From Armatimonadota bacterium (GTDB lineage Bacteria; Sysuimicrobiota; Sysuimicrobiia; Sysuimicrobiales; Kaftiobacteriaceae), in the NCBI GenBank assembly GCA_037440005.1, contig JBBIUY010000053.1, positions 1-12,204 on the forward strand: DNA of 12,204 nucleotides, in the 5' to 3' direction. The notes under the pieces were generated by a model, which saw nothing but the letters and a program-made list of their open reading frames with translations, was not told the DNA's origin and searched no databases. Position 1 is the stretch's first letter; every line of letters starts with the position of its first letter. Of this stretch, positions 1-6,745 are shown one piece after another. Made by a program: the position numbers and the translations under genes.

Positions 1-53
1 CCCACGACCTTTGGCTCCGCAGGCCAACGCTCTATCCACTGAGCTACGGGCGC
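1..53 (-). tRNA. tRNA-Arg, anticodon GCG (3' part lies outside the window)
   Basis: The reverse complement reads GCGCCCG-TA-GCTC-AGTGGATA-GAGC-G-TTGGC-CTGCGGA-GCCAA-AGGTC-GTGGG: acceptor 5' strand, D-arm with A20 (Arg identity element), a perfect 5-bp anticodon stem, loop CT-GCG-GA, variable loop and the start of the T stem. Confidence 0.93.
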
Positions 54-63
54 GCGCAGGGTG

Positions 64-72
64 ATTATAGCA
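64..72 (-). promoter_or_regulatory. Extended -10 promoter (TGcTATAAT) for tRNA-Arg
   Basis: The reverse complement of 64-72 is TGCTATAAT, a consensus TGn-TATAAT, 10 nt upstream of the mature tRNA 5' end in otherwise GC-rich DNA. Confidence 0.8.
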
Positions 73-91
73 CAGGCCCCCTTCCCGCCTG

Positions 92-100
92 TGGTACAGT
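92..100 (+). promoter_or_regulatory. Putative extended -10 promoter (TGgTACAGT) for the exported protein gene
   Basis: TG-G-TACAGT at 92-100, back-to-back with the tRNA-Arg promoter. An alternative -10-like GATAAT lies at 104-109. Confidence 0.45.
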
Positions 101-193
101 GGGGATAATCCGACGGGGCTAGGACGGGCCCGGCGGGGGCAGGGTGTGAGGGGGGACCGTTTTCAGGGGATCCCCACTGGAGTGAGGGCTGTG

Positions 194-694
194 GTGCGTT
201 TTCTGTGCGCAGGGCTGCTGGTGGTGGCGCTGGCGAGCGTGCCGGCCGCGGCGCAGGTGTCGCCGGTGATCGTGGCCGGGCAGGTGGCGGGGGGCATCCG
301 CGTGGGCGGGTCGGTGGACGACGCCGTGCGCCTGCTGGGGGACCTCTACGACAAGACCGACCGGGAGAAGTACTCGATCTACGACTGGCCGCTGCGGCCG
401 TTCCTCCTCATCGCCGAGAGGGAGACCGGGAAGATCGTCTTCGTGCTCGTCCAGCTCAGCGACGCCTACCGGACCGACAAGGGCGACCTGACCGGCGGGT
501 CGGAGCGGGCGGCGGTGGAGGCGGCCTACGGCAGCGAGTTCACCACCGACGAGGATCAGCGCAGCGTCACGCTGATCTACGACAGCCTGGGGATCGCCTT
601 CGACATCGGCAAGTTCGGCGTGATGCGCGGCCGGGTGATGGCCATCATGGTCTTCGTGCCCGGCCAGTGGAAGGCGATCGTGGAAGGTCTGTAA
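194..694 (+). CDS. Exported hypothetical protein with Sec signal peptide and two BLIP/SmpA-OmlA-like alpha/beta repeats
   Basis: Part of ORF 146..694. The likely start is GTG 194 (or 191) after GGAGTGAGG at 179-187. The N-terminus RFLCAGLLVVALASVPAAA|Q is a signal peptide with an AxA site. Codon third positions are strongly G/C. Repeated motifs GIRVGGSVDDAVRLLG and GDLTGGSERAAVEAAYG. Confidence 0.8.
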   Translation: MRFLCAGLLVVALASVPAAAQVSPVIVAGQVAGGIRVGGSVDDAVRLLGDLYDKTDREKYSIYDWPLRPFLLIAERETGKIVFVLVQLSDAYRTDKGDLTGGSERAAVEAAYGSEFTTDEDQRSVTLIYDSLGIAFDIGKFGVMRGRVMAIMVFVPGQWKAIVEGL

Positions 695-706
695 CGGGGA
701 CGACTG

Positions 707-779
707 CGGGATCAGGGATCCGGGATCTGGGGCCAGCCCGCGCCTTGCGGATCCCTGATCCCGGATGATCCCCGGTCCC
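707..779. repeat. Heptamer (GGGATCN) tandem repeats in inverted orientation forming a 16-bp hairpin; possible bidirectional terminator or RNA-processing structure
   Basis: 707-722 CGGGATCAGGGATCCG is the exact reverse complement of 748-763. Heptamers lie at 708-728 (x3), with inverse copies at 749-762 and 766-779. The element sits between the convergent CDS and tRNA-Ser. Confidence 0.75.
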
Positions 780-792
780 GCGGGTCGTGGGG

Positions 793-886
793 TGGCGGAG
801 GGGGTGGGATTCGAACCCACGGAGCGGGTTTTTGCCCGCTCAACCGCTTAGCAGGCGGCTACCTTCGGCCACTCGGTCACCCCTCC
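793..886 (-). tRNA. tRNA-Ser, anticodon GCT, long variable arm, encoded CCA
   Basis: The reverse complement is GGAGGGGTGACCGAGTGGCCGAAGGTAGCCGCCTGCTAAGCGGTTGAGCGGGCAAAAACCCGCTCCGTGGGTTCGAATCCCACCCCCTCCGCCA. It has anticodon loop CT-GCT-AA, variable stem GAGCGGG/CCCGCTC, T-loop TTCGAAT and discriminator G plus CCA. Confidence 0.97.
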
Positions 887-897
887 GGCCTTGCTCC

Positions 898-906
898 ATA
901 GTAACA
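898..906 (-). promoter_or_regulatory. Extended -10 promoter (TGtTACTAT) for tRNA-Ser
   Basis: The reverse complement of 898-906 is TGTTACTAT, 11 nt upstream of the tRNA 5' end. The geometry matches the tRNA-Arg promoter. Confidence 0.65.
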
Positions 907-917
907 CAAGTAACACA
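900..917. repeat. Perfect 9-bp tandem direct repeat AGTAACACA x2
   Basis: 900-908 and 909-917 are identical. The repeat is AT-rich and overlaps the tRNA-Ser extended -10. Confidence 0.8.
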
Positions 918-994
918 GCCGCAGACGCCGCAGGCGCGGAATTCCCCCGCCGGACCGACGGCAGACACGCCCGGCGGTCCCCCGGGCGCCGGGG

Positions 995-1693
995 TCAGGC
1001 GGCGAAGACCAGTTCGGGCCGCCGGTCGGGGACCTGTCCGGCTCCCGCGGCCAGGAAGTAGTCCCGCCAGGGCCCCAGGCTGTCCACCAGCGACCGCAGG
1101 TCCGTCCCCAGGTAGCGTCCGGGATACCGGCGCAGCTTGTCCAGGCCCTTGTCCAGCAGCACCCGCGCCCCGTGCCAGTTGCCTTTCTCGGCGTGGTAGA
1201 AGGCGGCGGCCACCTGGATCAGGCCGTGGTAGAAGTCCCGCTCCGGCCCGCGGGTGGTCCGCCAGACCTCCTCCAGCAGCTCGTGGCACTCGAAGTACAG
1301 CCCCGCCTCCAGCAGGATGGCCGCCGACCGGAGCGCGTCGCCCGCGCCTTCGCCCCGCGCCTGCTCCAGGGCCGCCACCAGGCGGGCGGTCTGGCGCCGG
1401 TAGTAGTCCAGGTGCGGGAGAAACTCCGGCCGCAGGCGCAGGTCGTCCCCACCGCGCAGGTACAGCCCCCGGTCGACCAGGTAGGCGACGTCCGTGTCGT
1501 CGGGGCTGTGGCCGCAGCGCCGGCCGATCTGCCAGGCGCGCTCCAGCACCCGGTCCACCCGCACGGCGGGCCGGTCGGACGTCGCCAGGTCGCCGTAGGC
1601 GCAGGCCACCGGCGCCCAGGACGCCGCGGACGGAGCGCGCAGCGCCTGCAGCGTCAGGTCGGACAGCAGGTGCTTGAGGCGGGCGTAGGACAC
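995..1693 (-). CDS. DUF309 domain-containing protein (predicted metal-dependent hydrolase family) with ~115-aa N-terminal extension
   Basis: The C-terminal half has the DUF309 signature GLYFECHELLEEVW...FYHGLIQVAAAFYHAEKGNWHGA...LL.KGL.KL. The start is placed at GTG 1693, 1 nt after the TGA of the upstream gene. The ORF-track extension to 1855 overlaps yyaL and looks non-coding. Confidence 0.85.
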   Translation of the reverse strand: MSYARLKHLLSDLTLQALRAPSAASWAPVACAYGDLATSDRPAVRVDRVLERAWQIGRRCGHSPDDTDVAYLVDRGLYLRGGDDLRLRPEFLPHLDYYRRQTARLVAALEQARGEGAGDALRSAAILLEAGLYFECHELLEEVWRTTRGPERDFYHGLIQVAAAFYHAEKGNWHGARVLLDKGLDKLRRYPGRYLGTDLRSLVDSLGPWRDYFLAAGAGQVPDRRPELVFAA

Positions 1694-1694
1694 G

Positions 1695-3761
1695 TCAGGG
1701 GCGGCCGGTGCCAAACGCGGCCAGGGTCGCAGCCAGCGTCTGGGGGTCGGTGGCGGGCGGCGCGCAGGCCGTGCCCGCGCACACGTAGGCCGTGGGCTCC
1801 CGCGCCGCAGCCGCCATGGCCCGGACCACCGGGGGCAGGGGCACCGCGTCTGCATCGCCGTGCACCGAGATGATCTTGTCCGGGCGGTACGTCCTGCGGG
1901 CGGCGCTGTGGAGGCGGGCGGTCCGTTCGTCGGCCAGGGGCCCCACGATGGTCACGTGGGCCGGCTCCGTCAGCAGGTCGTCCACGGCCAGCATCAGCGT
2001 GGAGGCGAAGAGGCCGTGCGGCGCCAGCGCCGGCGCCCACGTCGCCAGCAGCCTCTCCGCCGCCATCCGGAACGGCTCATCGTGGAGGATGCGGGACAGC
2101 CGCAGCAACACCCGGGCGGCCACGGCGTTGGCCGACGGGGTGGGGGCGTCCTGCACCGGGATGTGGGGGAGGTCTACGCCCGGCCCGGACGCGTCGCGGG
2201 GAACGTCCCGGAAACCGGCCTCCTCCCGGTAGTCGCGCAGCATCAGCTCGACCACCTGGCGGGCCGCCGCCAGGTACCGGGCCTGCCCGGTCGCCTCGTA
2301 GGCGTCCAGCAGCGCCCCGGCCATCTGCGCCTGATCGTCCACAAAGCGCACGCCGCTAGCGGGGTCGGATCCCAGCACGTGCACGAATCCCCGGGCGGGG
2401 GAAAACCCTCCGTCCAAAAAGCTGTGCAGCGCCTGTAGGGCCAGCGCGCGGGTGCGGTCGTCGTCGAGGACCGCGGACGCCTCCAGGAGCGCGGAGATGG
2501 CCATGCCGTTCCAGGAGGCGTAGCAGGCGGGGTCGGTGGCCGGCGCCGGCCGCGAAGCCCGGGCGGCCGCCAGCCGGGCGCGGCCGCTGGCGATCAGGCG
2601 GCGGACGTCCTCCAGGTCCCGCCCCAGGGAGACGGCCACCACGTCGGGGTCCCGGTCCACGTACAGCACGTGCCGGGCGGGGTCGGTGTGCACCTCGCCC
2701 CGGCCCCGCAGGTGGTAGTGCTCGGCCAGGACGGCGAACTCGTCCTCGGTGAGGACGGCCCGGGCTTCCTGCTCGGTCCAGGTGAAGTAGCCGCCGTCGT
2801 CGCCGGGGCCGACGTCGGCGTCCTGGCTCCCGCGGAAGGCCCCCTGATCGGGATCCCACAGGACGCCGGTCAGGAAGTCCAGGGTGTCCCGGGCCACCGC
2901 GCGGAACTGTTCCTGCCCCGTGGCCTGGTAGCCGTGGGTGTAGGCCAGCAGCAGGGCCGCGTTGTCGTACAGCATCTTCTCGAAGTGGGGCAGGATCCAC
3001 CGGGCGTCGGTGGCGTAGCGGTGGAAGCCTCCGCCCACCTGGTCGTGGATGCCTCCCCGGGCCATCCGGTCCAGCGTCAGGACCGCCATCTCCAGCAGGT
3101 CGGGGGCGCCGGTGCGGAAGTGCCGGCGCAGCAGGAACTCCACCGCGGCAGGGTGGGGGAACTTGGGCGCCCGTCCGAAGCCGCCGTGGGACGGGTCGAA
3201 GGCCCGCCGGAGGCTGTCTTCCGCCGCCGCCAGCACGTCCGGGTTCAGGGTGCCCGCCGGGCGGGGCGGAGCCGCCAGCTGCCGGTACAGGTCCGCCGCC
3301 GCCTGCAGGACGTCGGACCGGTTCTCCCGGTAGTAGCGGGCGACGCTGAGCAGGACCCGGACGAACGCCGGCCGCCCGTGGGCGTCAGTCGGGGGGAAGT
3401 AGGTGCCCCCGAAAAAGGCCCGGCCGTCGGGGGTCAGGAAGGCGGTCAGGGGCCAGCCGCCTTCCCCCGTCAGGGCGCCCACCGCCTGCTGGTAGCGGGC
3501 GTCGATGTCCGGGCGCTCGTCCCGGTCCACCTTGATGGCGACGAAGTTCTCGTTGATGATCCGGGCCACGTCGGGGTTTTCGTAACTCTCGCGGTCCATC
3601 ACGTGGCACCAGTGGCACCACACCGCCCCGATGTCCAGCAGGATGGGCCGGTCCTCCCGCCGGGCCTTCTCGAAGGCCTCCTCGGACCACGGGTACCAGT
3701 CCACGGGCTGGTGGGCGGCCGCCCGCAGGTAGGCACTGCGTTCTGCGGCCAGACGGTTCAT
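1695..3761 (-). CDS. yyaL: Thioredoxin domain-containing protein, YyaL/SPATA20 (DUF255) family: N-terminal thioredoxin-like domain plus six-hairpin glycosidase-like (alpha/alpha)6 barrel
   Basis: Family motifs MNRL...YL...[80 protein letters not shown] and C-terminal YVC...C..P. 688 aa, with a GGAGG RBS upstream. Confidence 0.93.
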   Translation of the reverse strand: MNRLAAERSAYLRAAAHQPVDWYPWSEEAFEKARREDRPILLDIGAVWCHWCHVMDRESYENPDVARIINENFVAIKVDRDERPDIDARYQQAVGALTGEGGWPLTAFLTPDGRAFFGGTYFPPTDAHGRPAFVRVLLSVARYYRENRSDVLQAAADLYRQLAAPPRPAGTLNPDVLAAAEDSLRRAFDPSHGGFGRAPKFPHPAAVEFLLRRHFRTGAPDLLEMAVLTLDRMARGGIHDQVGGGFHRYATDARWILPHFEKMLYDNAALLLAYTHGYQATGQEQFRAVARDTLDFLTGVLWDPDQGAFRGSQDADVGPGDDGGYFTWTEQEARAVLTEDEFAVLAEHYHLRGRGEVHTDPARHVLYVDRDPDVVAVSLGRDLEDVRRLIASGRARLAAARASRPAPATDPACYASWNGMAISALLEASAVLDDDRTRALALQALHSFLDGGFSPARGFVHVLGSDPASGVRFVDDQAQMAGALLDAYEATGQARYLAAARQVVELMLRDYREEAGFRDVPRDASGPGVDLPHIPVQDAPTPSANAVAARVLLRLSRILHDEPFRMAAERLLATWAPALAPHGLFASTLMLAVDDLLTEPAHVTIVGPLADERTARLHSAARRTYRPDKIISVHGDADAVPLPPVVRAMAAAAREPTAYVCAGTACAPPATDPQTLAATLAAFGTGRP

Positions 3762-3764
3762 GGC

Positions 3765-4115
3765 CTAGGAGCCTCCCGCCGGCTGCCCCGGCGCCTCGGG
3801 CGCGGTGCGGGCGGCGGCCTGCGCCCGGGTCTTCTGCTCCACGAAGTTCAGGCGCAGGTCCGCCAGCAGCGCCTCCATCTCCCGCCTCTGGCGGTCGTCC
3901 AGGCGCGGCCGCAGCAGGTCCACCACGGCCGCCACGGCGTCGATGGCCAGCCGCGCGTCGTCGAAGTTCTGCTCGATCTTGTTGGTGGTCGGGTGCGGCA
4001 CCAGGCCCAGGTGCTGCCAGGCGCTGCCCGCCAGCACGCCCACAAACCACCGCAGCAGGTCCACCAGGTTGGCGGGGGGCTCGGGAGTCTCGGCGGTGTC
4101 CGTCTTTTCGGCCAT
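3765..4115 (-). CDS. DUF1844 domain-containing protein
   Basis: The pattern AWQHLGLVPHPTT...NFDDARLAID...LLADLRLNFVE is typical of DUF1844. ATG at 4115 is preceded by a strong RBS AAGGAGGGG (4122-4130). Confidence 0.85.
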   Translation of the reverse strand: MAEKTDTAETPEPPANLVDLLRWFVGVLAGSAWQHLGLVPHPTTNKIEQNFDDARLAIDAVAAVVDLLRPRLDDRQRREMEALLADLRLNFVEQKTRAQAAARTAPEAPGQPAGGS

Positions 4116-4193
4116 GGCGCACCCCTCCTTTTCCGCGGTGGCGCGTTCACCCCTAGCATACACGCCGGGAGCGGGAGGCGCAGGCCGGCGGCG

Positions 4194-6224
4194 TCAGCGG
4201 GGCTGGGGCGTCGGGCGGGTGAACGCCTGCACGGCCAGCACCCCGCCGGCCAGGGCGAGGGCGACCAGGTCGAAGGCCGTGGCCGGGTAGATCAGCAGGA
4301 GGCCCGCCCCGATGAGGACCGCCCGTTCCGGCCAGGTGGCGCGCCGCAGCGCCCACCCGTTGATCCCCGCGGCCAGGGCGGTCAGGCCCGCGAGGGCGGT
4401 GACGGTGACCTTGATCGCGTCGGCGGCGGGCGCCTGCAGGAGCAGCCCCAAACCCGCCGGGTGGATGGTGAACATGAAGGGAACCACAAACGCCGGCAGG
4501 GTGTACTTCCACGCCATCAGCATGGTCCGGAACGGGCGGCCCCCGGTCAGCGCCGCCGCCGCCAGGGGCGACAGGCCCACCGGCGGCGACACCTCCGAGA
4601 GGATCGCATAGTAGAAGATGAACATGTGGGCGGCGAGCTCCGAGACGCCCAGCTTGGTCAGCGCGGGGGCCACGATGACCGCGGCGATGATGTACGTGGC
4701 GGTGATGGGCAGGGCCAGGCCCAGCACCCACAGGGCCAGGGCGGCGTACACCAGGGTGGGCAGAAGGCGGCCGCCGGCGTAGGTGATGATGATGTCCGAC
4801 ACCTTCAGCCCCAGTCCCGTCAGGTTGACCACGCCCACGATGAGGCCCGCGGCCGCGCAGGTCACGGCGACGGACAGGACCTGGCGGCTGCCGTTGTCCA
4901 GCGCGCGGATGAGCGGCCGCGGGTCGACGGTGACAGACCCCACCCGCAGGCCCCCGGCTCCCACCCCCAGCCCCCGTCCCCGACCGCGCCCGAAGCCGAC
5001 CAGCGCCGTCTCGGGGCGCAGGAGGCTGGTGAGCACCGCCAGCCCGATGGCCCAGATGACCGCCTTGATGGCGGTGAACCCGATGACCATGAACAGGGGG
5101 ATGACGACGAGGGAGGACAGCAGGTACCAGTAGCGCGTCACCAGCGCCCGGGCGTCGGCGGCCTGGATTTCCACCGGCTGCAGATCCATCCGCCGGGCGT
5201 CCAGCTCGATCATCACCATCACGGCGAAGTAGTAGAGGAAGGTGGGGATGATGGTCATGATCAGGACCTGCAGATAGGAGATCTTGAGGATCTCGGCGAT
5301 GATGAACGCGGCCGCCCCCAAAATCGGCGGCGAGATGACGGCCCCGATGCCCCCCGCGGCCAGCAGCCCGCCGGCGGTCTCCCGGTCGTAGCCGGCCCGT
5401 TTCAGCAGCGGGTAGGTGATGGCTCCCACGGTGACGGTGGTGGCCACCCCGCTGCCCGACGGCCCGCCCAGCAGGAACGACGCCACGGTGGTGGCCTGGC
5501 CGGGGGCCGTGCGCCGGCCGCGGGTGAGGCTGAGGGCCAGGTCCACGAAGAACCTGCCGGCCCCCGAGGCGTCCAGGACGGCGCCGTAGATGGTGAACAG
5601 GATGATGAAGGTGGCCGAGACCTCCAGGGGGACGCCGAAGATCCCTTCCAGGGTGATGTACAGCTGCCCGACCACCCGCGTCAGGTCGTACCCCCGGTGG
5701 GTCCAGGGCTCCGGCAGCCAGGGGCCGACGAAGGCGTAGACGAGAAAGGCCACCACCACCAGGACCAAGGCGTTGCCCACGGTGCGCCGGGTGGCCTCGA
5801 GGACCAGCAGGATGGTGATGATGCCCATGGTCAGGTCCAGCGGGGTGGGGATGTAGGCGCGGTAGATGAAGGCTTCGAAGTCCACCAGGATGTAGCCCAA
5901 CGACACCAGGCTGGCCGCGGCCAGGAGCAGGTCCCACCCGGTGGGGGCGGACCGGCGGGAGGCGCGCTGCGTCCCGGGGTACAGGAGGAAGGTGAGGAAC
6001 AGGACGAACATCAAGTGCCGGACCAGGTGGATCTGCCGGACGAAGGGCACCGTGGCGGCGTACAGGTGGTAGGCGGCCATCGCCACGCCCACGCCGGTGG
6101 CCAGCAGTCCCCACCCGCCCGCCAGAGGGCGGGTCTTGCCCTCGTACTTTTCCACGATCTCCCTGACCTGCTGGTCGGGTTCCGCCTGCCCGGCGGTCGG
6201 GGTGGACCCCTCGGGGGTTGCCAT
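4194..6224 (-). CDS. TRAP transporter fused permease subunit (4TM/12TM DctQM fusion, TAXI type)
   Basis: Polytopic membrane protein with motifs VLEATRRTVG, EGIFGVPLEVSATFIILF, SGSGVATTVTVG, PPILGAAAFIIAE, LGLALPITATYII and AAHMFIFYYAILSEVSPPVGLS. ATG 6224 overlaps the DUF1850 stop (TGATG); GTG 6227 is an alternative start. RBS AGGAG. Confidence 0.93.
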   Translation of the reverse strand: MATPEGSTPTAGQAEPDQQVREIVEKYEGKTRPLAGGWGLLATGVGVAMAAYHLYAATVPFVRQIHLVRHLMFVLFLTFLLYPGTQRASRRSAPTGWDLLLAAASLVSLGYILVDFEAFIYRAYIPTPLDLTMGIITILLVLEATRRTVGNALVLVVVAFLVYAFVGPWLPEPWTHRGYDLTRVVGQLYITLEGIFGVPLEVSATFIILFTIYGAVLDASGAGRFFVDLALSLTRGRRTAPGQATTVASFLLGGPSGSGVATTVTVGAITYPLLKRAGYDRETAGGLLAAGGIGAVISPPILGAAAFIIAEILKISYLQVLIMTIIPTFLYYFAVMVMIELDARRMDLQPVEIQAADARALVTRYWYLLSSLVVIPLFMVIGFTAIKAVIWAIGLAVLTSLLRPETALVGFGRGRGRGLGVGAGGLRVGSVTVDPRPLIRALDNGSRQVLSVAVTCAAAGLIVGVVNLTGLGLKVSDIIITYAGGRLLPTLVYAALALWVLGLALPITATYIIAAVIVAPALTKLGVSELAAHMFIFYYAILSEVSPPVGLSPLAAAALTGGRPFRTMLMAWKYTLPAFVVPFMFTIHPAGLGLLLQAPAADAIKVTVTALAGLTALAAGINGWALRRATWPERAVLIGAGLLLIYPATAFDLVALALAGGVLAVQAFTRPTPQPR

Positions 6225-6745
6225 CACGGGTTCTCCTGACGGTGCGGGATGCGGGTCAGCAGCCAGGGACGGCGGACCACCTGGAGCCGCACGGCCTCAC
6301 CGACTCCGACCTGGTACAGGGCGAACGACCGGCCCTGGACGTCCAGCCGCTGCCGGCCGGTCTGGCCGATGCGGGTGACCAGGGCGGGCAGCACGGGCCC
6401 GGAGGTGGCCGCCACCAGCCGCCCGCCGCGGTTCTGATAGGGAGGGTCGAGCCGCAGATACTCCATCACCGCCTCCGCGGTCGTGGTCACCTCCACCAGG
6501 CGGAGCGCCAGGCCGTCCACCACGAAGTGCTCGCTGGTGGGCGCGTGGTACAGGGAGTTGACATAGTGGAGGCCGACCCGGGTGCCGGCGCGGACCGGCA
6601 CGCGCCACAGCAGCCGGCCGCTGTCCTCGTGCACGACCTCCAGGGTGGGGACGGGGAGAAGGGTCGCGGCCAGGGCGGCGACCGCGAGGCCCGCGGCCGC
6701 CGCCCGGCCCGAGCGCAAGACGACCTTAGAACCCTTCGACGCCAC
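6224..6745 (-). CDS. DUF1850 domain-containing protein (TAXI-TRAP accessory protein)
   Basis: N-terminal hydrophobic anchor and motif LHYVNSLYHAPTSEHFVV (family pattern L.y.hS......E.f.v). It sits in the canonical position between the TAXI and fused permease genes. The start is uncertain; TTG 6718 after TAAGGT is a plausible alternative. Confidence 0.78.
   Translation of the reverse strand: MASKGSKVVLRSGRAAAAGLAVAALAATLLPVPTLEVVHEDSGRLLWRVPVRAGTRVGLHYVNSLYHAPTSEHFVVDGLALRLVEVTTTAEAVMEYLRLDPPYQNRGGRLVAATSGPVLPALVTRIGQTGRQRLDVQGRSFALYQVGVGEAVRLQVVRRPWLLTRIPHRQENP

Noticed and set aside
793..886. Possible selenocysteine or suppressor tRNA because of the long variable arm
   Set aside because: The GCT anticodon, 7-bp acceptor stem and G73 mark an ordinary tRNA-Ser.
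700..920. CRISPR array or integrative-element att site near the tRNAs
   Set aside because: The repeats are 7-9 bp with no spacers. I saw no integrase or duplicated tRNA 3' end in the window.
968..988. GC hairpin CGCCCGG/CCGGGCG after the DUF309 stop
   Set aside because: A 7-bp GC stem with no U-tract is likely by chance at this GC content, so it is not called as a terminator.
119..1677. ORFs 119..820(-), 205..768(+), 787..1677(+) and 840..1289(-)
   Set aside because: They overlap tRNA-Ser or better-supported CDSs and have low-complexity P/R/G/A composition.
1694..1855. N-terminal 54 codons of ORF 995..1855 ([10 protein letters not shown]...)
   Set aside because: This stretch overlaps the conserved yyaL C-terminus in another frame. 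The coupled GTG at 1693 is the better start.
4153..6114. 653-aa minus-strand alternative-frame ORF
   Set aside because: An Arg/Pro/Gly-rich off-frame read of the TRAP permease gene, not a credible protein.
2670..6239. 1189-aa plus-strand ORF
   Set aside because: It is the antisense shadow of yyaL, DUF1844 and the TRAP permease. Long stop-free antisense frames are expected in high-GC coding DNA, and it has no recognisable motifs.
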